A DNA stretch of 48,570 bases from Lenisia limosa. Taxonomy: Eukaryota; Protista; Breviatea. The position numbers and the translations under genes were made by a program. Location: the NCBI GenBank assembly GCA_001655205.1, contig LPNZ01009078.1, forward strand, positions 1 to 48,570. The letters run 5' to 3'. The notes beneath the pieces are model-generated. The model was given only the letters and a program-made list of their open reading frames with translations. It did not search any database and was not told the DNA's origin. Below, one piece after another: positions 26,819 to 39,908 of the stretch (position 1 is its first letter; each line of letters opens with the position of its first letter).

Positions 26819-29327
26819 CTAAGCAGACTTCGCTGCCATCTTATTCCGCTGTCTCCTTGACACCAGTGGGTGATAACTGTTCCACCTGGAGGAGTAACAG
26901 ACCAAAATCTCAAGTCAAGAGGATGTGATTCATTAAAAGTAACAAACCAAAATCTCAAGTCAAGAGGATATGATTCATTAAAAGCTATTCAGGAATTAAT
27001 GAGTAAACTTTGCTACCAAACCTGCCACCCTTCTTGGAGTAGTTGTCGATAGGATACTTATCAGTCCACTGTTCTGTCTGAAAGCATGAGTATGAACCAT
27101 GAAGGATGAAATGGTAAAAGAAAGAGAAGAGCAGACCCCGAGAGCCACAAGAGCCTCGTGTGGTGTCAGGAGCGGCTTGAAGAACGCGTAGCCCCAATCA
27201 ATCGCCAAACGGGGGCATGCAGCCTCGACCCAACTATCATTGTGAACTCATTGGTGTTTGTCCAAAATGACACATACGACACTCATGATACTTTCAAATA
27301 AAAAGAGGGACAGTCCCAACTCACGCATCCACTTCTTCAAAAAGTGAGAGTTTAGCAGGGAAGATTTCACTCAACAGGCAAATGGTGTACTTCAAGCCAG
27401 CTGCATCTAAGGCTTCAACTACCGCCTAAAGAGGTCAGACTTACCATGACAACCACCAGCCCAATCACGTCTTTTATAGAAAAAAAAAACAGCCATTCCA
27501 GATCTCACCTGTACTGCCCTGGGATGGCCTTGACGCCCCAAAGTACCCAAAACAATTCCCCAATGTTTGGCTGGTCGTGCCTGCTCAATCACAGCTCTGA
27601 GGTTGATTATATATGATATATACTAGTAATATAATAAATATCTAACAACAGAGAAAGGTCCATCAAATGATTATTGTAACTTGAAATATTGGAAGTGCCC
27701 TTGTGCTCACTGTCTCTTCTCCAACATCTTTTCCATATCATGGTATTCTTGAGTAAGCTTCTTCGAGTATGGATCGTATCTGAGAACATGATGATATTAA
27801 TAAAGAAGAAAAAAAACATATGAATATTGTTGGTGATAACTAGCTTTCAATTCCAAGCCTTATCATACCTGAAAGCTCTCATTTCGGGATTAGCCATCAT
27901 TGCCGCTTCGAAATGGAACCGCCCATCGCCAAGGAATCTTAAAGTTAATTCTGTTGTAGCTTGAAAATATGTGCATTACGCCCCCTTACATCATGCAAGA
28001 AGGTGGATTCTCATCCCCTATATGTGGTAAGAAATGGACAACAGCGAAAGCACAATGAGCTACATCACGCCGCCCTCCAACCGTCGTTTGAAAACCTGGG
28101 AGCTGTGCAGCCTAAAACTTCTCCTTTGGACAGAGGAAGCTCCTGGGGCAAAATAACATCACTGAAGTACTCATTCAATGGAGGCATCAGGCTCTATAGG
28201 GTCAGTTGAAACCAGCTAGCATAACCCACCTGCAGTGTGGATGTAAATTGGATGGTTGCAAAAACAGCAGGGTTCTCCTTCCGGTCGAAATTGGCTTTCA
28301 AAGTTGACAGGAAGTGACTTGGGTCAAACTGCCGAAGTTATAATGAATCTATCCAATACAATAGTATTGTAACCTTCCTGGGTGAAGTGCCTCGTAAAAA
28401 TACCCCTCCCCCAATATACTACATACGAAATGTTCTAATCCCACCTTGATGTCTACGAAAACATAGAGGACGTCAGTGACACACTCTGGTACGGGAACTG
28501 AAGAAAATGAAAGAGGGTAAGGGGGAAGGCATAGCGCTTCCAAATAATACCCCAGCAACATAAGACATATACCATTGAAAACACAGCACCATACCAAGAC
28601 AAGAGTGACCGTAATGAACGACTAGATCGCAGTCCAGCGCACGTGCTACATGAGAATAAAAAAGAATAAAATAAAAGTAAGCTATATTATATCGAATAAA
28701 CACAGGTGATCATAAGGTCATGAGAAACCACAACTGAAAATCTAAACCAATACTATTCAAAAGGAAATCCTTTCCATCCCAACCTGACAAATCATCAATG
28801 CAGCAAGCTCCATAAGTAACGTCACCGAGAATCATTGCCATTGCGTCAGTAAATCTGGCAATAATGAACATGGAATTATCTCACGTTTCCAATTTATATC
28901 AAATCGTTATGCGCATTAGTCCAACCCAGATCGCAGCCCCGGCTACTCTTCAATGATATCCACCAATGTCGTGGCGTACACCAGAAGTCCTTCGGGGAGT
29001 TGAAGTGCAATGGTCTCGGCCTTGGTTCTTTGGATTCTCCTTGACAATGACCAAGTAAGAGAAAAACTAAGATTGGAATGTTGATTTACTCCTACCAAAT
29101 AGTCTTTTGAACTTCAAAATTGTAATTCTTGGGGAGCCTAGATTGTTTTAGCGACAAAGCAATATATCTCTATTGTCTTTACCAGCAAACCTTTCGATGG
29201 CAGCATCCAAAAGCTTGTTTTCTGTAATGCTTGATGGAATTGTGGCCATTGGAGAAAACACAGTTTTGTTTGGCTTGGACTGATAAACCTTCGGTTGAGG
29301 CTTGGCCAAGACCACGGATGTGTTCAT
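26819..29327 (-). CDS. DPH1: 2-(3-amino-3-carboxypropyl)histidine synthase subunit 1 (diphthamide biosynthesis); exact start uncertain (29249 or 29327)
   Basis: [99 protein letters not shown]. Confidence 0.92.
26894..26983. repeat. Tandem duplication, 2 x 45 bp, in the last DPH1 intron
   Basis: GTAACA(G/A)ACCAAAATCTCAAGTCAAGAGGAT(G/A)TGATTCATTAAAA twice. Confidence 0.9.
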
Positions 29328-31404
<2,077 letters not shown>

Positions 31405-31784
31405 ATCGTTTGATCGTTTTAGTGATAGTTTTCTTTCTCCCTTTAGGGTTGATTGATAGATTTTTTTTCTAGTACCACCCCGATGTGTAAATGGTGAAGA
31501 AAAGGTAGGAAGTGAAAAGGTAAATAGTTTCTCCTGACTCATGGGAGGTGAAAATGGCATTTCAGATTACCAGATATCATGAACTGGCAAACGGTTTGCA
31601 ATTAGATTTTGTGTTATTTCAAAAGTTAAGAAAAGACCTCAGTTACAGGGTAAATAATATATCTACCATAAATGATAGAAAAAAGTTAACTCTGTCACTT
31701 GGTGGTTTTGTTCTTGGCACTTCACGTAAAGTTGGTGGTACTACCAGAGGTGCAAATATAAGTGCTAGGATGACTGATGCGAAG

Positions 31785-33541
31785 TCATATTGGCGCATTG
31801 GCACAGGATGGTTGTAAATCAACTGTGCAGCTTAAAGTCGTCAAAGCAATACAGAGCCATATTCGTAAGAAGTCCTTGGGGGAATCTGAATAAGAAAAAA
31901 AAGAAAAAACTTGAAATGCTCCCCATGAAATCTTTGGTTCGGCAAGGATGGAGAAAATGAAATAAGTGGCCCGTATGTGGGTGGTCCTTGGGGGTTAGAA
32001 ATGCAAAATCACTATTGCTCTAAAATCAATAAAACATCATGACAGGTTAAATGCACATCTATCCATATGATGTATCTTTCGGTAATATCTAGTATATCTA
32101 CTTATGCTGGAGCCCGTAACATTTAAGCCAGAACATAGCGGTATTTGGCTCATTTTGTACTGTGTTTTGGAGCTAAATACAAATCTGAAGCTGTTTTAAA
32201 ACGTTACGTACTGTATTTAAGCTTTGTATTAAGAGATAAAGAGAGGTAAAAGCCTCTTAGATGAAGGAAGAAAAAAAAAAAAAAAAANNNNNNNNNNNNN
32301 NNNNNNNNNNNNNNNNNNNNNNNNNNNNNNNNNNAATTAATTCGAAATTAACTTCAATTATTTGTTTTTGGACCAATAATGTCTCGAAATTAATTGCAAA
32401 TTAATTTTAAATAAATTATGAAATAATTCTTAATTAATTCTTAATTAATTGCGAAAGATAAAAGTTCTGTATTTTTGCTTTTTTGACTAGATTTTTTTTA
32501 TTACCTCAAAATAAAAGAGGGGACAAATGATGAAAGTTAACCAATAACAACTATAATGTTGAAAATAAAGTAATTATGAATGCTAAGAACAAAATGAGCT
32601 AAATATAAGTACTGAAATGTTACGGGCTCCTGGTCGCCCAAATTCAAACCTGCACAAATAGACTGTTTTCAGGCTCCAAAAAAGGAGATGGTCGTAATAT
32701 TCCGCTCTCTTCAGGCTTCATAATAACTAATACTGTCAAGAAATGTTGACATTTACACATAATAACTCGTTGAAAATAGCACCATTATACATATTTTTTA
32801 CATTTGAAGCTGAAATGGTGTGATGATGTTCTTCTAAGTAGGCCGGTGCTGTGAAATAGGAATTGAAAGCGCCTTGTAAGGAACAAAAAGAGATTGTTTA
32901 AATATAGAGACCAGCAAACCGCCATTTATTGTGACTCTGAAGTACAGAACAGGAACTTCAAACACAGGAGAAAAAACGACATGCTCCTCAATTAAGACCT
33001 CTTCCTCTTCTAATATGTCAGAACTCAGAGACACCTACGTACCGTCATCTGTATCATCATCAGAACATTCGTCTGAAACAACAGCATCTGGAAGATAACG
33101 TTAAAGAGAAATGAACCATAGAAGTAAAAACGCATAAAAGCTAGTTCTTAATATGGTGACATGAGTGATAAAAGTGGAAAACTGTCAGTAACCATACCTA
33201 AACAGTTCTTTTCAAGCTTGAGTGGAGCGTTCTGATGGTTGCTAAAACACTCAGAAAAGTCCAACTCATCTAAAACAAACCTAATAGCTGTGTTTGCTCG
33301 GAATAGCCTCCGTGTTCGTCTTAAATAGCCCTTTTTCAACTGGAGAATAAACAAAACTAAGGTTTTCAAGGGGTATAAAAATAATCATCATGTAATAACC
33401 TTGAACTGGATTTGAAATCAAAGAGTGACTTAAAGCTATGCCCCAACAAACATGTTCCGTGACTGTCCAGGTAAACGGTGGCTTCAATTGGGTTTCGTGG
33501 AGAATGGCAGAAGCCTGGCTTTCAAAATCATTGTAAAGCAT
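31785..33541 (-). CDS. ATG10: Ubiquitin-like-conjugating enzyme ATG10 (multi-exon)
   Basis: MLYNDFESQASAIL...FTW, KGYLRR, EEHVVFSPVFEVPVLYFRV, DHPHTGHLFHFLHPCRTKDFM (catalytic HPC), DFLRIWL. The start codon is tentative. Confidence 0.82.
32109..32630. mobile_element. Candidate degenerate MITE / non-autonomous DNA transposon inside an ATG10 intron
   Basis: GGAGCCCGTAACATTT (32109-32124) has a perfect inverted copy at 32615-32630. TATTTGGCTCATTTTGT (32142-32158) has a one-mismatch inverted copy at 32589-32605. The interior is AT-rich and non-coding; the host intron is about 670 nt. No clear TSD. Confidence 0.45.
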
Positions 33542-34578
33542 CGGAAGCCAGTTGAGACTAAGGGTATAAGTATCGGTTGAGAGTACCTGGTATATTCCAC
33601 TTTTCTTCAAACACTTCACTTCCGCTTTCTGACTTTCTGGTTCCAAGTTGTATGGCTGTTTTTGTTGCTGTTTATGAAGTACATACATTGTACATAATGT
33701 GCGGTAATGGGGGGGGGGGGGNNNNNNNNNNNNNNNNNNNNNNNNNNNNNNNNNNNNNNNNNNNNNNNNNNNNNNNNNNNNNNNNNNNNNNNNNNNNNNN
33801 NNNNNNNNNNNNNNNNGCAGTTGGGCACAGAGGCTGGGTGAGGAACTTTGAACTTTGAACTATAATGCATCAGGAGAGAGGTGCTGCTAAACTTTCCCGG
33901 GCATAATTCCCCCGCTTTCTTGGTCGAAGTGGCGTGGAGTTTGCGGGTGGCAAACCTTTTAGGATGGAGAGCCCACCCCGCGCCCGCGCCCTTTGCAGAA
34001 ATTTTTGAAACTGTATTTGTATTATTACGTTATTATCGTTACGTATATTACGTTTATTTTATTAATTTATAAAGTTAAGAGACTTAGAAGTGAATTTGAA
34101 GTTAGTTTTCTGTACGGTATGTCTGGTAGCTCTAGCCTATGCTTCCTCCTCTCCATTTCTCACATTTAAAGCCAAATTGGATTCATAGCTTATCAGTTTA
34201 ACGATAGAAACTCCATATTTGAGTTTACACCTTTTCTGATAATGACTACTATTTCCCCTTTTCTATCTTCCCCTGTAAAGTTTAATTGTTTGCCTTATTT
34301 GTTGATTTGCTGATGATAGATGATAATCAATTGCAATTCAATCCCTCCAATTCATCCTTCTTAGTTTATCGAGCTTGAGTCTGCTGCCCTTTTCTTCCTT
34401 TCAGGTTGGTCAAAGAGTTGGTATTTTTTCTTATTTTTTTTTCTGTGGCTATCTTTTTTGGCTTGGTTTTATATTGATTTGCTTTGAGTTCAAACACTTG
34501 GCTGATTTGTTGATGAGTATACCAAGTACATATGTCTTCTTCCTATGTGCATGTGGTTACACGCTCTTACACAACAGA

Positions 34579-36148
34579 ATGCTAAATCGAAGGCGACATA
34601 GAGCGCTTGCAGCCGAAGAGGAGAGAAGAGCCATCCCGGTTTGTCAGCATTAATGTCACCTAATACTACCATCCTGTCTTTGGGTAATGGAACCTGGATA
34701 ATGATGCGATATACGCTCTCCTTTTAATGTGAAGGCTTCGGTTAGGCAGTCAACAGTATTTTTCATTTCCATCTGACATGACACCCTCTTATGATCTTAG
34801 GCTAGTGCTGCAGGGTCTAATATTGTGACGTATCTGACTGGAACATGGAAGGTGGGATAGGGATGTAGATAGTGACATCTTCATTTCTTGTTATCACCCA
34901 GCTCAAAATGTCTTTGATGACATTCAACATCTTTACCATCCAGAGGAATCTGGAATGGAGGGAGTTTGGCGGCCGTTTCGATTTCATTCGCACAACCAAC
35001 ACGGTTTTGACAATTGAAGAAATCTTGAAGCCTCATACAACCGACTCAACAACCAGGTGTGTGAGTGTGGAGGGAGGATAGGGTACAATCAACAGACAAG
35101 AGAGAGAAACAAAACTCTGAGATAACCATACAGTAAACGGTTAAGAATCAGTGAGAGGAGGGTGGTAGTAGGAAGGGTGGAGGAATCCCTGAGCCAGGGG
35201 GCGTGGGCTCCGTAATCGGATGCACATGTAGGGTGTTAGTAATAATAAGGGAGATGTAAAATAATCCGATTAAGGAAACCTGGTATCATTAAGGTAGACA
35301 CTACAGGTACAAACGAAGTGACATGTACATGCAACTTGTTCTAGCCAGTATGACGTTGAGGGTAAGAGTTTATGAGATACAACCAAGTTAGAAGGGGAAG
35401 AGAGTAGTTGACATCATCACAAGAAACAATGGGAACAGTAACAAAAGGGCAATGAACAGCTTAAACTGTATGTGTGTGTGTGTGTGGGGGGGGGGGGTNN
35501 NNNNNNNNNNNNNNNNNNNNNNNNNNNNNNNNNNNNNNNNNNNNNNNNNNNNNNNNNNNNNNNNNNNNNNNNNNNNNNNNNNNNNNNNNNNNNNNNNNNN
35601 NNNNNNNNNNNTCCTTCCCCTAATTTACCAGGGAGATGAAATGGTCCTACTCTACATGGCCGGAGCTGACTCCAAGCAACTTGGCCTATGTCATTTTAGC
35701 CCACCAAGTACAGGATGATGGAACTACTAATTTCGAATTCAAATGCAGCGGAATAACTTGCACTGGTGGGGGAAGGTCTTCTGTTTAGGAATTGAAAATG
35801 AAGCTCACAAATTTAGGGCAATATCTTCCACTTTCAGGGTGTTTTGTGCTGACATATCCGCTGAACACTAGCACTATTACTGCGTCGTATAGGGTCATTT
35901 CTTATGATGGTGGGAGGGTACTTTATAAGTGAGTTGAACGGTTTGAATTCCTTTTACTCGGGAATGAATTGAAGCTGTTTGGATGTGTTTCTCAAATGTT
36001 TAACCAACATGTTAACTTTATCCATTTTTACCATCTTCCAGAGATGGCAGTGTGTGTGGCGGAGTGTGACAGAGGTGGTGGATCCGCCAGCATTCAAATA
36101 GGCAACATGTACAGGATTGACCCGTCTAAATATAAACGAAGTAAATAG
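34579..36148 (+). CDS. Hypothetical multi-exon protein (possible beta-barrel, LTGTWK motif); boundaries uncertain
   Basis: Phase-compatible exons MLNRRRHRALAAEEERRAIP | ASAAGSNIVTYLTGTWK | RNLEWREFGGRFDFIRTTNTVLTIEE, then GDEMVLLYMAGADSKQLG and DDGTTNFEFKCSGITCTGGG with GT-AG borders. Confidence 0.4.
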
Positions 36149-36281
36149 GTCAACACTGGGCTCTGGAGTTATATGATCATACATACTGTTGGGCAAACAA
36201 CTTCCGTTGAGATACTGGTCAGGTTTAACAGAAACAGAATAAGAAACTACATTGTACAAGTGAGTAAAGTATACCATTCAA

Positions 36282-39200
36282 CTAGAACGAAAAGAAGTCT
36301 CCTCCCATACCGCCCATACCACCACCACCCATTCCACCCATACCACCCATTCCTCCCATCATAGAGGCGAAGATATGGGCCATTTCAGGGGGGATTCCTC
36401 CTCCACCGCCGAATCCTCCACCGCCAAATTCTGAAGAGATCAATTGATTCAGCTTTTTTAGCCAACCCAAGGAATGGTTATTACCTACCAGGTCCATCAA
36501 TATCGTCACCATCGTCGTATCGCTGGCGTTTAGAGTGGTCCATGAGGATAGTGTAGGCTTCGTTAATCTGAATAGTTACTCGAAAGATCAAATAATATTC
36601 TTTGATTCAACACCATCATCATAAGGCTGATACTGAAAACTGCCTTTATTGCTTCCAATGGCTTACATCCTTGAACTTGGCCTCAGCCTCTTCTCTGTCA
36701 TCTGTTTGGTGTTTGTCGGGATGCCATTGCATGGCCAATCTAAAAGGTCAATGCAGTTGTCATAGTTACGGTGGAAAGTCTTGACCAACATAATCAGTGC
36801 GATACTCATTTCTCATTTCTACTGGGTATGAATGTAATATAACGTGTTGACTCTGATAAAACAAGGGTTTCTGACCGCTGTACCACTGCACCCACTTTCT
36901 ATATGCCTTTTTGATTTCGGGGTCAAGAGCAGTCTTTGAAACACCTATCAGGTTAAGGTTTGAATAATAATAATGATAATCATACGAGAGATAAAAACCA
37001 AAAAGATCAGATGACGAGTTCTCATGAGCCTACCCAAGATGCCGTAGTAGTCCTTACGAGCAGCTAACTTAACCTCCCTCTCAATCTCTCTCTTTTCCTG
37101 TTGGAGTTCCTAAACGCATTAGAAGGTGCATTATTCGGTGGACCCCTAGAAAGTCAAATCATACCCTGCTGTTTTCCATGCGGATACAGGCGTCAATGTC
37201 TCTTTCAGCTTCCTCGAATCGCTTCAGCTCTCGGAGGATGCGTGACCTTAAAGGTGAACCTTCAGATGGTTTGCAGTGCTTTACTATGCGTACTTTCTCT
37301 CACAATCCAAAACAAAATCTTTGACAGTGGCTCTCCCCACACACCTTCTTTGGTAAGGCTTCATCCACTCAGGGCGAAGCTCAATCGAGAAAGTGGCTTG
37401 GTCGTACGCCTCCTCGTATTCTGAAATGTTAAACATCTGTCCCACTATAACTAAGGCTTGTCCCAACCTGAAGTACAATGTGGCTGCTTTACCCCNNNNN
37501 NNNNNNNNNNNNNNNNNNNNNNNNNNNNNNNNNNNNNNNNNNNNNNNNNNNNNNNNNNNNNNNNNNNNNNNNNNNNNNNNNNNNNNAGGAACTCATTTTC
37601 TAGAATCTCAACGTAGAGCTAAACAGTCAGTTGGGGGGAAACGGCCAAAATATAGGTAAGAAAATCATATTCAGTCTTTTGCGATTTTTGTTTTTCTCTC
37701 ATACTCATCTTGAGATACATGTACAGCCTCACGCTCACCTCATAAGCCTTTTCACTACCAGTCTTGATGAGCTCAGCAGCCTGTGCCTTCTGTCTTTCAA
37801 TCTTCTTCACCATCTACCAGGTTAATAATTAATCAAATACAAGACACTCAATGGAAAGATGGCCATGTCTCCCAAGCTACCTTAAAGACAACCTTGATCT
37901 CAGCGGAATCAGGGTCTCTTTGGAGGGCATTCTGCAGGGACGACACACATACGTCGATCTTATTGAGTTTCAACTACAGTCTGTCAGGATTGCTACAGTT
38001 TTATACAGGATAGCTTCCATAAAGACCGCTAATGATACTGTAAGCTGGTTCCTTGCTCACCTGAGTCTTTGCTCTCAGGATCCAGGCATCAGTATGACCC
38101 TTGTTGTCCTACTTGGTGACAATTGATACTCAACAAAACTGTCAAGATGGAACCCGGGCAATATCATCTGATTGAGCATCGACAGTTCTTCAGGAAGCTT
38201 AGCAATACCCCGCCCACGTTGAGCACAGTGATACAGTGTTGAGAGGCCTCAGTGAGACGATTGGTGTGGTAGCAAGCCATGCCGAGTTTGAAGATAAGTG
38301 ACAAGTCGCAGTTGTTGGTACGGTGCTCGAGGACTATGGGGTCAAATTATAGCATATTCACAACAGCATGTTACCCCAAGGGACGACCACACCAGACACC
38401 ATACGTTTGTTACAAGAGCGGAACACCATTGCCCAGTTCTCGGTTTTAATGCCTTGCTCAACCTGTTGCTCGGCTCTGACGTAGATCTCAACTCGACTCA
38501 TCTATAGTGTCACAAATAAAGTGAGCACGTTTAAAACCCTGACCAGTTTGTCACAAGGTCACATACCTCTTCTCTGATTGAGGCATTCATCGGCTCCATA
38601 ACCTTGCCCCTCTTAATCACCTAAGAGCATCAATGGTGACTCACCACGAAATACATATTAATTGTTTGAAATAAATCTGTTATACTTTTAACATCGCAAA
38701 TCCAAATTCTTATCTTATGAACCTTGCCGACCTCAAGTGCCTTGGTGTAGTTTCCGCCAGCAACGAGAGCGGTGGAAAGGCGAAGGTATCCCTAGAATGT
38801 TGTCATCTCTGCAATCGTTTTTCACTGTTGTCCGAAAGGAAAAAAGAGGCCGGCGTAAAGGGGTATCAAAGAATGAAATCACCCACCTTGATGAAGTGCT
38901 TATCAGCCTCAATACAGCTTTCACCATCTCTGACTGCATCTTGCAAACGCTCAATCTTCATGTTGCTAGGTGGGAATGGTGATATAAACAGAATCATTTT
39001 ACGCTCTCCTTGGAATCAAAGAGCAACTTGACATATAATACTTCACAAAAGGCCTTGGAGTTTTATCAATTTAATTTGTCATATTCTTGAGATTCATGGA
39101 GCAAGAAATGATGATATTTGGTGAACAGAAAAACATCACTCACCAAAGTGATCTGTTGGAGTAGCATGCGGCATTCTTGGGATCCTCCTCTAAACGTTCG

Positions 39201-39391
39201 TTATTTTAAATACTATTGTGGTTCATACCAAGGGCCTTGGAGTATGCTTGAATTGCCTCAGTGTAGTCCCCTTCTTTGAAATGACCATTGCCTTTGGCCT
39301 AAATCCTCGTTAAACCATATATAAATTTAGAATAAAGTTGAAAAAAACCCACACCAACCTTCCATTCGTCAAAAGCAGAGTTTGCGGTCAT
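36282..39391 (-). CDS. DNAJC7: TPR-repeat J-domain co-chaperone (multi-exon)
   Basis: MTANSAFDEWK|AKGNGHFKEGDYTEAIQAYSKAL followed by several TPR-like exons, then a J-domain with AMQWHPDKH and KFKDVSEA-like sequence, and a Gly/Met-rich tail GGMGGMGG...DFFSF-TAG. Confidence 0.88.
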
Positions 39392-39908
39392 ATTGTATGA
39401 GTGTTTACGCTGAGTATCTCCAATAAAACAAGTTACAATACAACAACTGAGACACTTCAAGCAGTAGCTATCTCTAAAAGGTCTTTTTAGTACAAATTGT
39501 GTTACTCAAAATGACTGATAATACCTACCACAGAAACGAGCTTTATACATCAGCAGATTTCCGTCTAAACGCCATATTCAACTTTATTGCAAGGTTAAAC
39601 AATAATTAATTTAATAATACATGAATTTAAATAATAAATCTAGTAGTGAAAGGTTTGCTTCTATCTCTAGCTGGATGGAAAGATATTTAAATTGAATTGC
39701 ATAATTTAAAATTTCTTTTTTTTGCATAAAAACTCTCTCTGTGCATGTAACTGAGTTGGCTACTGCATTGCTGTTTGATAGAGCCTTGTTACTTAACTTC
39801 CAGTGATAGTTGATTTTGTGAATCAGTTGACCCGTTTCAAATAGCAAGAGTAAGCCATCTGATCATTTTAATATTGGAAATTAATGAGAAATAACCCAAA
39901 AAAGCTGA

